Shown: positions 24,447 through 36,243 of the stretch, piece by piece
How the letters are laid out: every line of letters starts with the position of its first letter
Numbering within the stretch: position 1 is the first letter of the stretch
Source of the DNA: Escherichia coli
GTDB taxonomy: Bacteria; Pseudomonadota; Gammaproteobacteria; Enterobacterales; Enterobacteriaceae
Length of the DNA: 64,000 bases
Reading direction: 5' to 3' (one strand)
NCBI RefSeq assembly: GCF_044324785.1
Contig: NZ_CP172127.1
Position numbers and translations under genes: made by a program
The notes under the pieces: generated by a model
Database searches by the model: none
What the model saw: only the letters and a program-made list of their open reading frames with translations
What the model was told of the DNA's origin: nothing

Positions 24447-25490
24447 TTATCCACGTAGTGTAGCCGCAAAATACAGCATACGATTGAGCGGCACTAGCGC
24501 CCTCTCTCGCAGCCTTTCATCAACATGAACCTCGTGATTGCTTCCTTCCTGTTCTAATGCCTCTGCGATGGCCTGAAGGCCATTCATGGCCATCCACGGA
24601 CAATGCGCGCAGCTGCGGCAGGTTGCACCCTCACCTGCGGTTGGTGCTTCCAGTAACTCTTTATCTGGCACCGCCTGCTGCATTTTGTAGAAAATACCCC
24701 GATCGGTTGCCACAATAATCCTCTGATGTGGCAATGTTTTCGCAGCAGCGATCAGTTGACTGGTGGAACCGACCGCATCCGCCATATCGACAATAGCGTG
24801 TGGTGATTCTGGATGCACCAGTATGGCAGCATCCGGGTATTCTTCTTGCAAGCGGGTTAACGCCTGAGTCTTAAATTCATCATGCACAATGCAGGCACCC
24901 TGCCAGCATAAAATGTCTGCGCCCGTCTGTTTTTGCACGTAACGCCCCAGATGTTTGTCGGGTGCCCAGATGATTTTTTCACCCAAACTATCCAGATGAT
25001 CAATAAGTTCGACGGCAATGCTTGAAGTTACCACCCAATCTGCCCGCGCTTTTACCGCAGCAGAAGTGTTGGCGTAGACGACGACAGTATGATCGGGATG
25101 GGCATCGCAAAATACGTTAAATTCTTCAACAGGGCAGCCGAGATCCAGTGAACATTCAGCCTGAAGTGTCGGCATCAGAATTGTTTTTTCCGGACTGAGA
25201 ATTTTGGCGGTTTCTCCCATAAATCTCACCCCAGCGACTAACAACGTAGAAGCGGGATGCTTTGCACCGAAGCGCGCCATTTCCAGAGAATCAGAAATAC
25301 AGCCACCGGTTTCTTCTGCCAGTTGTTGAATTTCGGGATCGGTATAGTAGTGGGCAACCATCACCGCATTACGTTCTTTTAGCAGACGTTTTATCTTCTC
25401 GCGGTAATACGCTTTTTCATCAATGCTTAACGGCGTCGGCTTCGGGGGGAAAGGATAAATCGCCGTGTCTGGATCAAACATCACGCTCAT
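24447..25490 (-). CDS. nadA: Quinolinate synthase A
   Basis: 347 aa; synteny. Confidence 0.9.
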   Translation of the reverse strand: MSVMFDPDTAIYPFPPKPTPLSIDEKAYYREKIKRLLKERNAVMVAHYYTDPEIQQLAEETGGCISDSLEMARFGAKHPASTLLVAGVRFMGETAKILSPEKTILMPTLQAECSLDLGCPVEEFNVFCDAHPDHTVVVYANTSAAVKARADWVVTSSIAVELIDHLDSLGEKIIWAPDKHLGRYVQKQTGADILCWQGACIVHDEFKTQALTRLQEEYPDAAILVHPESPHAIVDMADAVGSTSQLIAAAKTLPHQRIIVATDRGIFYKMQQAVPDKELLEAPTAGEGATCRSCAHCPWMAMNGLQAIAEALEQEGSNHEVHVDERLRERALVPLNRMLYFAATLRG

Positions 25491-25562
25491 CTTACCATCT
25501 CGTTTTACAGGCTTAACGTTAAAACCGACATGAGCGTAATATTCGCTGTTATCGGTGAAATT

Positions 25563-25580
25563 TGTTTTATATGCTAAACA
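25563..25580. promoter_or_regulatory. NadR operator (NAD box) at the nadA promoter
   Basis: TGTTTT-N6-TAAACA palindrome about 75 bp upstream of nadA. Confidence 0.6.
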
Positions 25581-25707
25581 AGATAGTCGAATGGTGGGGA
25601 AAAGTCACTCGAATTACGCCTAATTCCACCGACGTAGAGTTGCTTGCAAAGTAAGCTCTGAAGATGTCATCAGGTTACAAAGTGAAATTGAGGATGCCTG
25701 AATAGCC

Positions 25708-25733
25708 AAAAAGCGCCTTTAGGGCGCTTTTTT
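25708..25733 (-). terminator. Second copy of the tRNA-operon intrinsic terminator
   Basis: aaaaagcgcctttagggcgctttttt, strand-symmetric hairpin with flanking A/T runs; duplicate of the 25864-25890 element. Confidence 0.55.
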
Positions 25734-25737
25734 ACAT

Positions 25738-25800
25738 TGGTGGGTCGTGCAGGATGACTCGCTTCGCTCGCCCTTCGGGCCGTCGCCGCGAGCGGCTCCG
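25738..25800 (-). repeat. tRNA-Lys 3'-end-like fragment, copy 1
   Basis: Begins with the 17 nt tggtgggtcgtgcagga shared with the real tRNA-Lys 3' end, then diverges into atgactcgcttcgctcgcccttcgggccg. Confidence 0.6.
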
Positions 25801-25863
25801 TTGTTTCGCTGCGCTCAACTCAAACCTGCTGCAGGTTCGAATCTTTGAGTATCGCAGATAGCA

Positions 25864-25890
25864 AAAAAGCGCCTTTAGGGCGCTTTTTTA
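25864..25890 (-). terminator. Intrinsic terminator immediately after lysQ
   Basis: gcgcctttagggcgc hairpin with T-run on the minus-strand transcript. Confidence 0.7.
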
Positions 25891-25893
25891 CAT

Positions 25894-25969
25894 TGGTGGG
25901 TCGTGCAGGATTCGAACCTGCGACCAATTGATTAAAAGTCAACTGCTCTACCAACTGAGCTAACGACCC
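25894..25969 (-). tRNA. lysQ: tRNA-Lys(UUU)
   Basis: Reverse complement matches E. coli tRNA-Lys (GGGTCGTTAGCTCAGTTGG...CGACCCACCA), 76 nt. Confidence 0.95.
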
Positions 25970-26002
25970 CTTGCGGGATTATGCTGCTTTAATCATTCAG
26001 GA

Positions 26003-26078
26003 TGGTGGGTCGTGCAGGATTCGAACCTGCGACCAATTGATTAAAAGTCAACTGCTCTACCAACTGAGCTAACGACCC
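26003..26078 (-). tRNA. lysZ: tRNA-Lys(UUU)
   Basis: Identical 76 nt tRNA-Lys copy. Confidence 0.95.
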
Positions 26079-26126
26079 ATACGGGTGTTACCTGAAAGAT
26101 TTCTACTCGGAACCAATCTTTAAAAT

Positions 26127-26195
26127 TGGTGGGTCGTGCAGGATGACTCGCTTCGCTCGCCCTACGGGCCGTTGCTGACGCAACGTTATCCTTCA
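26127..26195 (-). repeat. tRNA-Lys 3'-end-like fragment, copy 2
   Basis: Same 17 nt tRNA 3' terminus plus atgactcgcttcgctcgccctacgggccgttgctgacgcaacg (contains CGTTGC-tga-GCAACG hairpin). Confidence 0.6.
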
Positions 26196-26224
26196 CGCTT
26201 AACATCTGAGTTTGATGTTAAAAT

Positions 26225-26300
26225 TGGTGGGTCGTGCAGGATTCGAACCTGCGACCAATTGATTAAAAGTCAACTGCTCTACCAACTGAGCTAACGACCC
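26225..26300 (-). tRNA. lysY: tRNA-Lys(UUU)
   Basis: Identical 76 nt tRNA-Lys copy. Confidence 0.95.
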
Positions 26301-26303
26301 GAG

Positions 26304-26379
26304 TGGTGGGTGATGACGGGATCGAACCGCCGACCCCCTCCTTGTAAGGGAGGTGCTCTCCCAGCTGAGCTAATCACCC
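26304..26379 (-). tRNA. valZ: tRNA-Val(UAC)
   Basis: Reverse complement matches E. coli tRNA-Val (GGGTGATTAGCTCAGCTGGGAGAGC...), 76 nt. Confidence 0.95.
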
Positions 26380-26430
26380 GATACTGCGCTGGATACTACA
26401 AACTACTTCCACCGAACCCACCGTAATTAG

Positions 26431-26506
26431 TGGTGGGTCGTGCAGGATTCGAACCTGCGACCAATTGATTAAAAGTCAACTGCTCTACCAACTGAGCTAA
26501 CGACCC
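26431..26506 (-). tRNA. lysW: tRNA-Lys(UUU)
   Basis: Identical 76 nt tRNA-Lys copy. Confidence 0.95.
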
Positions 26507-26508
26507 GG

Positions 26509-26584
26509 TGGTGGGTGATGACGGGATCGAACCGCCGACCCCCTCCTTGTAAGGGAGGTGCTCTCCCAGCTGAGCTAATCACCC
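26509..26584 (-). tRNA. valT: tRNA-Val(UAC)
   Basis: Identical 76 nt tRNA-Val copy. Confidence 0.95.
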
Positions 26585-26619
26585 GATACTACGCTGGATA
26601 CTACAACTAACTATGTTAG

Positions 26620-26690
26620 TGGTGGGTCGTGCAGGATGACTCGACTTCGTCTCGCCCTTCGGGCCGTTGCTGATGCAACGTTATCCTTCA
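26620..26690 (-). repeat. tRNA-Lys 3'-end-like fragment, copy 3
   Basis: Same 17 nt tRNA 3' terminus plus atgactcgacttcgtctcgcccttcgggccgttgctgatgcaacg. Confidence 0.6.
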
Positions 26691-26719
26691 CGTTTTACTA
26701 CCGCTTCCACCTTAGCGAT

Positions 26720-26795
26720 TGGTGGGTCGTGCAGGATTCGAACCTGCGACCAATTGATTAAAAGTCAACTGCTCTACCAACTGAGCTAACGACCC
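26720..26795 (-). tRNA. lysT: tRNA-Lys(UUU)
   Basis: Identical 76 nt tRNA-Lys copy; first gene of the operon. Confidence 0.95.
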
Positions 26796-26959
26796 ACTTT
26801 TTCGTTGCTTTCGGTTTGTTTGATATCCCGTGGCAACGGCGGCATATATTACTGATTTCAGACTTGAGCGCAACAAAAATTTCGATGTAGATCACTCAAC
26901 TGCTTATGATTCGCACGACACGACCAGAAATAATGCGACTTCTGGTCGTGTGTTATGCA

Positions 26960-27751
26960 TTACATCGCGTTCAGACGTTTTTGCGCCTGTTTAGCGCCAT
27001 CAGTACCAGGATATTTACTGATAACCTGCTGGTATACGGCTTTCGCTTTTGCGGTGTCACCTTTGTCCTGCATGATGACGCCGACTTTAAACATCGCATC
27101 TGCAGCCTTTGGTGACTTCGGATAGTTTTTCACTACCGAAGCAAAATAGTACGCCGCATCATCTTTTTTACCCTTGTTGTAGTTTAACTGACCCAGCCAA
27201 TAATTGGCGTTTGGCAGGTAAGTTGAATCAGGGTAATTTTTGATGAAATTCTGAAATGCCACCATTGCGTCATCCTGGCGGGATTTATCCTGCACCAGCG
27301 CAATAGCTGCATTGTAATCCGTGTTTGCATCACCGCTTTTCACCGGCGCGCCAGCATTCGCAGTACCAGCATCAGCTGTCGGCGTCGTTGATGCCGCCGC
27401 ACCGCTTTGATCACCGCTGGTTGATTGCGCCGCTGCACCACCGCTGCTGAGGCTGTCGATCTGCAACAGGATCTGCTTTTGCCGCTCCACGACCTGATTC
27501 AGTTGATACTGATTTTCCTGAATCTGACCGCGCAGGGAATCAATATCGGATTGATTATCAGAGAGTTGTTGCTGGAGTTGGGTTAAAAGCTGGCTGTGAG
27601 CATTTGAAATACGCTCAAGTTGAGTGACGCGGTCTTCGACCGAGCCTGAGCCGACACTACTGATTGGTGCCTGAGCAAAAGCGGCCCAGGGGGCCGCTAT
27701 ACCAACCAGTAACGACAGACTCAATAGTTGATGTCTGAAGTTACTGCTCAT
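26960..27751 (-). CDS. cpoB: Cell division coordinator CpoB (YbgF), TPR protein
   Basis: 263 aa with signal peptide, coiled-coil and TPR region; last gene of the tol-pal cluster. Confidence 0.9.
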   Translation of the reverse strand: MSSNFRHQLLSLSLLVGIAAPWAAFAQAPISSVGSGSVEDRVTQLERISNAHSQLLTQLQQQLSDNQSDIDSLRGQIQENQYQLNQVVERQKQILLQIDSLSSGGAAAQSTSGDQSGAAASTTPTADAGTANAGAPVKSGDANTDYNAAIALVQDKSRQDDAMVAFQNFIKNYPDSTYLPNANYWLGQLNYNKGKKDDAAYYFASVVKNYPKSPKAADAMFKVGVIMQDKGDTAKAKAVYQQVISKYPGTDGAKQAQKRLNAM

Positions 27752-27760
27752 GCAATTCTC

Positions 27761-28306
<546 letters not shown>

Positions 28307-28316
28307 TTAATTATTA

Positions 28317-29609
28317 TCACAGATACGGCGACCAGGCAGGGAATTTGACCTGTCCATCAGTTGCCGGAAGACGCGCTTTGAAACGCCCATCTGTAGAAAC
28401 CAAATTCAGCACGGATCCCATCCCCTGAGAAGAGCTGTAGATTACCATAGTGCCGTTAGGTGCCAGACTTGGCGTTTCATCCAGGAACGTGGACGACAGA
28501 ACTTGTACGCCTCCCGTTGCCAGATCTTGTTTGGCAATGTGCTGCTGCCCACCATTGGAGCTGACCATTACCATAAATTTACCGTCGCTGCTGACATCCG
28601 CATCCTGGTTCTGCGAACCTTCCCAGGTAATACGTTGTGGCGCACCGCCGTTGATATTCACTTTATAAACCTGTGGACGACCGGCCTGGTCAGAAGTAAA
28701 TGCCAGGTTCTGGCTGTCCGGGAACCAGGTCGGTTCGGTATTGTTACTGCGACCATCCGTCACCTGGCGGATCTGACCAGAAGCCAAATCCATTACGTAC
28801 AGGTTCAGACTACCGGTTTTCGACAAGGCGAATGCCAGTTTGCTGCCGTCTGGCGAGAATGCAGGTGCACCGTTGTGACGCGGGAATGAAGCCACCTGAC
28901 GTACAGCGCCATTTGCCAGCGTTTGGATGACCAGCGCGGAACGACCGCTTTCGAAGGTCACATAAGCCAGTTTAGAACCGTCTGGTGACCACGCCGGAGA
29001 CATCAGCGGCTGCGGTGAACGGTGAACGACAAACTGGTTGTAACCGTCATAGTCAGATACGCGCAGTTCATACGGGAACTGACCGCCGTTGGTCTGAACA
29101 ACGTAGGCAATACGGGTACGGAACGCACCTTTAATGCCGGTCAGTTTTTCAAACACTTCATCACTGGCGGTATGACCAGCATAACGCAGCCACTGCTTGT
29201 TCACTTTGTACGAGTTCTGAGCAAGTACAGTACCCGGTGCGCCGCCAGTGTCAACAAGTTGATAAGCAACATTGTAAGAACCATCCGGATTCGGAGTGAC
29301 CTGACCGACAACTACAGCGTCAATACCCAGCGCAGACCATGCAGCTGGTTGTACTTCCTGCGCACTACCCGGCTGCTGTGGCAGACGAGCGCGATCTAAC
29401 GGATTAAATTTACCGCTGTTACGCAAGTCAGCAGCAACGATACCGCCAATATCTTCAGGTGCCGCACCAGGACCCGCCCACTGGAAAGGAACAACGCCAA
29501 TAGGACGACCGGAATCTACACCGCTGTCGATCACAATGCGGACTTCAGCATGCAGAACTGATGCCCACAGTATGAGAAAACCAAATGCTACTCGTAATGC
29601 CTGCTTCAT
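28317..29609 (-). CDS. tolB: Tol-Pal system periplasmic beta-propeller protein
   Basis: 430 aa from [21 protein letters not shown]; synteny. Confidence 0.9.
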   Translation of the reverse strand: MKQALRVAFGFLILWASVLHAEVRIVIDSGVDSGRPIGVVPFQWAGPGAAPEDIGGIVAADLRNSGKFNPLDRARLPQQPGSAQEVQPAAWSALGIDAVVVGQVTPNPDGSYNVAYQLVDTGGAPGTVLAQNSYKVNKQWLRYAGHTASDEVFEKLTGIKGAFRTRIAYVVQTNGGQFPYELRVSDYDGYNQFVVHRSPQPLMSPAWSPDGSKLAYVTFESGRSALVIQTLANGAVRQVASFPRHNGAPAFSPDGSKLAFALSKTGSLNLYVMDLASGQIRQVTDGRSNNTEPTWFPDSQNLAFTSDQAGRPQVYKVNINGGAPQRITWEGSQNQDADVSSDGKFMVMVSSNGGQQHIAKQDLATGGVQVLSSTFLDETPSLAPNGTMVIYSSSQGMGSVLNLVSTDGRFKARLPATDGQVKFPAWSPYL

Positions 29610-29741
29610 CATATCTCCCTTATCTGGACCGATGGCCCACGATAATTTAGCAGAATGTTAACAAACTAAAATACACAAAACTACCAGAACCCCGTGGCAA
29701 CCGGAGCCTGATGTTGACCGTCGGAACAGTCAGCATCGCGA

Positions 29742-31007
29742 TTACGGTTTGAAGTCCAATGGCGCGTTTTTGAACACTTCATATACTGCCTGGCTTGGTG
29801 GTTTCGGGATCTTCGCAAGTTTAGCTGCTGCCAACGCAGCCTGACAAAGTGCGGGATCGCCACCTTCAGGTTTGATATCCAGTAACATACCATCGGGTGC
29901 CAGTTTTATGCGCAGCGTACAGGTTTTGCCTGCATAGGACGATGCGTCATAGAACTTACTTTCGATAGCAGATTTAATCTGCCCGGCATAGTTATTGATA
30001 TCGGCCCCTGATGCGCCATTGTTTTTAGTATTACCACTCCCGGCTGGCGAAGCATTGTTCCCTTTCGCCCCTCCCCCCGTTTTCGGTGCATTCTTACCAG
30101 AGCTTAGCTCACCGAAAATATCATCTGCCTCTGCGGCCGCTTTTGCTGCAGCGGCTTTTTCAGCTGCTGCTTTTGCAGCTGCCGCTTTTTTGTCTGCGGC
30201 GGCTTTTTCTGCCGCTGCTTTCTTATCAGCTGCTGCCTTTTCAGCAGCCGCTTTTTCTGCTGCTTTTTTGTCGGCTGCAGCTTTCTCTGCTGCCGCTTTC
30301 TTATCAGCTGCAGCCTTTTCAGCAGCCGCTTTCTTCTCAGCTTCTGCCTTGGCTTTTTCAGCAGCTTCAGTTGCCGCTTTCTTTCTTGCTTCAGCTGCAG
30401 CTGCTTCTGCCGCTTCCGCTTTCTTCTTCAGTGCCGCCGCGGCTGCCTCGGCTTTTTTCTGCGCTTCGGCTGCGGCTTTGGCGGCTTCTGCTTCTGCTTT
30501 TTTCTTCGCGTCTGCAGCCGCTTTCTTCGCAGCTTCTTCCGCAGCTTTAGCATCCGCTTCGGCCTTCGCTTTAGCATCTGCCGCCGCTTTCGCTGCCGCC
30601 TCTTCCGCTTGCTTCTGCTTTAACTCGGCCTGTTTTGCGGCTTCTTCAGCCTGCTTTTTCTGCTCCTGAGCCGCTAACCGCTCTTTCTCAAGTTGCTTCA
30701 GGCGTTCCTGTTCAGCCGCTTGTTTCTCACGCAGTTCTTCAGCAGCCTGCTGTTCCTTCATCTTGCGCTGCTCATCAGAACGCTTCGCGCTTGATTCCTG
30801 GCTTTGCATGCGTTTGTACTGCTCAACTACCGCACCTGAATCAACCATGACAGCGTCGATGGACGAACCACCGCCGCCTCCGGCTGAAGCTTCTATATTC
30901 TCATCGAACGAACTCCAGATCAGCGCCGCAAATAAGATGACATGCAGCACTGCTGAAATAATTATCGCCCGCTTGAGCTTGTCGTTTTGTTCGGTTGCCT
31001 TTGACAC
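29742..31007 (-). CDS. tolA: Tol-Pal system protein TolA
   Basis: 421 aa; N-terminal TM anchor, long Ala/Lys/Glu-rich repetitive domain II, C-terminal globular domain. Confidence 0.9.
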   Translation of the reverse strand: MSKATEQNDKLKRAIIISAVLHVILFAALIWSSFDENIEASAGGGGGSSIDAVMVDSGAVVEQYKRMQSQESSAKRSDEQRKMKEQQAAEELREKQAAEQERLKQLEKERLAAQEQKKQAEEAAKQAELKQKQAEEAAAKAAADAKAKAEADAKAAEEAAKKAAADAKKKAEAEAAKAAAEAQKKAEAAAAALKKKAEAAEAAAAEARKKAATEAAEKAKAEAEKKAAAEKAAADKKAAAEKAAADKKAAEKAAAEKAAADKKAAAEKAAADKKAAAAKAAAEKAAAAKAAAEADDIFGELSSGKNAPKTGGGAKGNNASPAGSGNTKNNGASGADINNYAGQIKSAIESKFYDASSYAGKTCTLRIKLAPDGMLLDIKPEGGDPALCQAALAAAKLAKIPKPPSQAVYEVFKNAPLDFKP

Positions 31008-31071
31008 TCTCGGTTTCCAAAAACTGTTCGCCTGTTACCCGCTCTCTTTCAAGCAAGGGAAACGCAGATGT

Positions 31072-31500
31072 TTAGATAGGCTGCGTCATTAAACCAACCG
31101 ATTTCACACCCGCACTATGTAACAAGTTCAGTGCTTTAATTATTTCATCGTAAGGCACATCTTTTGCGCCACCGATCAGAAAGACCGTTTTCGGGTTGGC
31201 CTTGAAACGGCTGGACACTTCCGCCACCACCTGCTCTGGTGGTAAACGCTCCAGGCGATCTTTCTCAACCACCACGGTGTACTGACCAATACCAGACACT
31301 TCAACAATCACTGGCGGATTATCGTTACTGCTCACCGCCTGTGATTCAGTAGCGTCTGGCAGATCGACCTCCACGCTCTGGGTGATGATGGGCGCTGTCG
31401 CCATAAAGATCAGCAACAGCACCAGCAGTACGTCCAGCAACGGTACAATGTTGATTTCGGACTTGAGATCGCGACGACCCCGTCCACGCGCTCTGGCCAT
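31072..31500 (-). CDS. tolR: Tol-Pal system protein TolR
   Basis: 142 aa ExbD/TolR family; synteny. Confidence 0.9.
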   Translation of the reverse strand: MARARGRGRRDLKSEINIVPLLDVLLVLLLIFMATAPIITQSVEVDLPDATESQAVSSNDNPPVIVEVSGIGQYTVVVEKDRLERLPPEQVVAEVSSRFKANPKTVFLIGGAKDVPYDEIIKALNLLHSAGVKSVGLMTQPI

Positions 31501-31503
31501 GGC

Positions 31504-32597
<1,094 letters not shown>

Positions 32598-32746
32598 TTT
32601 ACATCCCGGTAATGCAACAAAAGTTAGAGCTTTTAAACGCTGCTACTATACGCGCGCGATTGAGGTTTGGGAATGAGGGCAAGTTAAGGGAGCGTAAAAA
32701 TTTATGGGCCTTAAGCGGCCCATAATTTTTTAAAGAGAATTCTGAT

Positions 32747-33040
32747 TTAAAAGAAGAAGAAAATCAGCCCGACAATGAGAACAATATCGGCAAGCAATGG
32801 GCAAAAAATCCCTTGCCAAAGAACCTTCTGCGGACGAAAACCCACGCCGTGAATCACACCAGCACAGACGGCCCACATCAGCAATAAACCATGCCAGATT
32901 TCCAGTTCACTGGTCTTCGCGGCGAAACGTGATGGGTCCCAAAACATACATCCTGCTAACAGAAGCGCCATCACGAAGGAAAGCGCCCGCAGGGGGCGCT
33001 TGTCCATTACCGCATACAAGGTTGCGATAATCTTACTCAT
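32747..33040 (-). CDS. ybgE: Small membrane protein of the cyd operon
   Basis: 97 aa hydrophobic ORF directly downstream of cydX. Confidence 0.8.
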   Translation of the reverse strand: MSKIIATLYAVMDKRPLRALSFVMALLLAGCMFWDPSRFAAKTSELEIWHGLLLMWAVCAGVIHGVGFRPQKVLWQGIFCPLLADIVLIVGLIFFFF

Positions 33041-33153
33041 CAGATGTCTTCTTGACCGGCTTTGCCTGATTCGACGTGCTCAAGCGCTAGCGCGGTGATT
33101 ACCCCAAACGAACAGGCAAGAAGCGTTCCCAGAATCCATGCGAAATACCACAT
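33040..33153 (-). CDS. cydX: Cytochrome bd-I small subunit CydX (37 aa)
   Basis: Hand translation MWYFAWILGTLLACSFGVITALALEHVESGKAGQEDI; stop overlaps ybgE start by 1 nt; below ORF-track length cutoff. Confidence 0.8.
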   Translation of the reverse strand: MWYFAWILGTLLACSFGVITALALEHVESGKAGQEDI

Positions 33154-33167
33154 TTTTAGCTCCTTAC

Positions 33168-34307
33168 TTAGTACAGAGAGTGGGTGTTACGTTCAATATC
33201 TTCTTTGGTGATACGACCGAACATTTTCCAGTAACACCAGGCGGTGTAGAGCAGAATGATCGGTACCAGAACCACCGCAACCCAGGTCATGACGTTAAGT
33301 GTCAGCTGGCTGGAAGTTGCATCCCACATTGTCAGACTTGCGTTCATCATGGTGCTGGACGGCATCACAAACGGGAACATTGCAATACCGGCAGTCAGGA
33401 TGATGCAGGCCAGCGTCAGGGAGGAGAACACAAACGCCCACGCCGCTTTATCCATACGTGCAGTCAGAATGGTCAGCAGTGGCAGAACCACACCCAGTGC
33501 CGGAATAGCCCACAGAATCGGCGTGTTGTTGAAGTTCACCAACCATGCGCCAGCTTCACGAACCACTTCTTTATTCAACGGGTTAGAGGCTGCGTAATGG
33601 TCCATTGTCGATTTCACGACATAACCATCGATACCGTACATCACCCATACGCCAGCCAGTGCGAAGCAGACCAGTGTCACCAGTGCCGCCACCTGAGCCG
33701 TTGCACGGGTACGCAGGTGCAGTTCGCCCACGGTACGCATTTGCAGATAGGTTGCGCCCTGAGTAATGATCATCCCTACGCTCACCACGCCAGCCAGCAG
33801 GCCGAACGGGTTAAGCAGCTGGAAGAAGTTACCGGTGTAGTACAGACGCAGATATTCATCAACGTTGAACGGTACGCCCTGCAACAGGTTACCGAACGCC
33901 ACACCAATCACCAGCGGCGGAACGAAGCTACCAATGAAGATGCCCCAGTCCCACATGTTACGCCAGCGGGTTTCTTCAATCTTGGAGCGGTAGTCAAAAC
34001 CGACCGGACGGAAGAACAAAGACGCCAGCACGAGGATCATCGCCACATAGAAGCCGGAGAACGCAGCGGCATAGACCATCGGCCAGGCAGCAAAGAGTGC
34101 GCCGCCCGCGGTGATCAGCCAAACCTGGTTACCGTCCCAGTGTGGAGCAATGGAGTTAATCATAATTCGACGCTCGGTGTCGTTACGACCGAGGAAACGG
34201 GTGAGCATGCCCACCCCCATGTCGAAACCGTCAGTGACTGCAAAACCAATCAGCAGAACGCCAACCAGCAGCCACCAGATAAAACGCAATACTTCATAAT
34301 CGATCAT
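33168..34307 (-). CDS. cydB: Cytochrome bd-I ubiquinol oxidase subunit II
   Basis: 379 aa polytopic membrane protein; synteny. Confidence 0.9.
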   Translation of the reverse strand: MIDYEVLRFIWWLLVGVLLIGFAVTDGFDMGVGMLTRFLGRNDTERRIMINSIAPHWDGNQVWLITAGGALFAAWPMVYAAAFSGFYVAMILVLASLFFRPVGFDYRSKIEETRWRNMWDWGIFIGSFVPPLVIGVAFGNLLQGVPFNVDEYLRLYYTGNFFQLLNPFGLLAGVVSVGMIITQGATYLQMRTVGELHLRTRATAQVAALVTLVCFALAGVWVMYGIDGYVVKSTMDHYAASNPLNKEVVREAGAWLVNFNNTPILWAIPALGVVLPLLTILTARMDKAAWAFVFSSLTLACIILTAGIAMFPFVMPSSTMMNASLTMWDATSSQLTLNVMTWVAVVLVPIILLYTAWCYWKMFGRITKEDIERNTHSLY

Positions 34308-34322
34308 TTGACGACTCCTGTC

Positions 34323-35891
34323 TTAGCGTGCCGGCTGAGTAGTCGTGGAAGACTGCTCAAAGTGATAGCGACCGGTTTTCAGGCTGCTTGGGCCGAGGCG
34401 TGCAAACTTGAACATTAAGAACAATTCTGCCACCAGGAACAGGGTATACAGGCCGCAAATCAGCACCATTGAGAAGATGAGGTCGCCTGCGGTCAGTGAC
34501 GAGTTCGCCACAGCTGTCGGCAGCACTTCACCGATAGCCCACGGTTGGCGGCCATATTCAGCCACAAACCAGCCCGCTTCTACAGCAATCCACGGCAGCG
34601 GAATACCGTACAGCGCGGCGCGCAGCAGCCATTTTTTCTCGCCAATGCGGTTGCGGATGACACTCCAGAAAGAGAGCGCGATGATTGCCAGCAGCAGGAA
34701 GCCACACGCCACCATGATACGGAACGCGAAGTACAGCGGCGCTACACGTGGAATGGAGTCTTTGGTTGCCTGTTGAATCTGCGCTTCAGTTGCATCCGCC
34801 ACGTTTGGCGTATAGCGTTTCAGCAGCAGACCGTAACCGAGGTCTTTCTTCATGCTATTGAACTGATCACGAACCGCCTGGTCGGTAGAACCAGAACGCA
34901 GTTGCTCGAGCAGAGAGTACGCCTTCATCCCGTTACGAATGCGTTCTTCATGCTGCACCATCAGTTCTTTCAGGCCGATAACTGGAGTATCCACGGAACG
35001 CGTTGCAATGATGCCCAGCGCGTAAGGGATCTGGATCGCAAATTTGTTCGTCTCCTCTTCCTGATCAGGAATGCCGAACAGAGTAAAGGCAGCAGGCGCA
35101 GGTTGCGTTTCCCACTCGGCTTCAATAGCAGCCAGTTTGGTTTTCTGCACGTCGCCCATTTCGTAGCCGGATTCATCACCCAGAACAATAACAGACAGAA
35201 CGGCAGCCATACCGAAGCTGGCAGCGATAGCAAAGGAGCGTTTAGCGAAGGCGAAGTCACGACCTTTCAGCATATACCATGCGCTGATACCGAGGATGAA
35301 CATCGCGCCAGTCACATAACCAGACGCTACAGTGTGAACGAATTTCACCTGAGCAACCGGGTTAAGCACCAGCTCGGAGAAGCTCACCATCTCCATACGC
35401 ATAGTTTCAAAGTTGAAATCGGATGCGATTGGGTTTTGCATCCAGCCGTTCGCAACCAGAATCCACAGTGCGGACAGGTTTGAACCGAGCGCCACCAGCC
35501 AGGTGACACACATATGCTGAACTTTACCCAGACGATCCCAACCGAAGAAGAACAGACCTACAAAGGTGGATTCGAGGAAGAAGGCCATCAGACCTTCGAT
35601 TGCCAGCGGCGCACCGAAGATATCCCCTACATAGTGGGAATAGTAAGACCAGTTAGTCCCGAACTGGAACTCCATGGTCAGACCGGTAGCCACACCCAGA
35701 GCGAAGTTGATACCAAACAACTTGCCCCAGAACTTGGTCATATCTTTATAAATCTGTTTGCCGGAAAGGACGTAGACCGTTTCCATAATGGCCAGCAGGA
35801 ACGCCATACCGAGCGTCAGTGGCACAAAAAGGAAGTGGTACATCGCGGTCAAGGCAAACTGTAAGCGCGACAGTTCGACTATATCTAACAT
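34323..35891 (-). CDS. cydA: Cytochrome bd-I ubiquinol oxidase subunit I
   Basis: N-terminus [20 protein letters not shown]; start placed at second Met of the ORF-track frame. Confidence 0.9.
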
Positions 35892-36229
35892 CATGACTCC
35901 TTGCTCATCGCATGAAGACTCCGAGAGTGAACCCCGTTAGAAAGGGTCACACGCATGCCCCAATACAAAATTATTTGCTCGCCTCTATCGTTGCCATTTC
36001 ATCAAAAGAGGAAAAGACAATGATAAAAAAGTTACAAATATGTTAATGAATAAACCAAATTGATCCCGTAATTATATTACGCCGCAAAATCCTTACAATA
36101 AACAGGTTTTTATTGAGCAAATTTGCATTTTTCGACAGTGATCAATTTATAGCGAAATTGTCACGACATCACCAATTTGATCTACGACAATTTATCGTGT
36201 TTTGCAGATTTTTTTCAAGAATTAAAAAT

Positions 36230-36243
36230 TGATTTATATCAAA
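36230..36243. promoter_or_regulatory. FNR-type site (TTGAT-N4-ATCAA) in the cydAB upstream region
   Basis: Perfect ttgatttatatcaa palindrome about 340 bp upstream of cydA in a long AT-rich leader; cydAB is FNR/ArcA-regulated. Confidence 0.4.

Noticed and set aside
29995-30669. 224 aa and 154 aa + strand ORFs made of poly-Ala/Phe/Ser and poly-Leu/Gln/Pro
   Set aside because: Antisense translations of the tolA domain II repeat region; low-complexity artefacts.
33138-34418. 426 aa ORF on the + strand, antisense to cydB
   Set aside because: Lies entirely within the well-supported cydB frame; its translation is His/Gln/Arg/Cys-rich and non-protein-like; typical antisense artefact.
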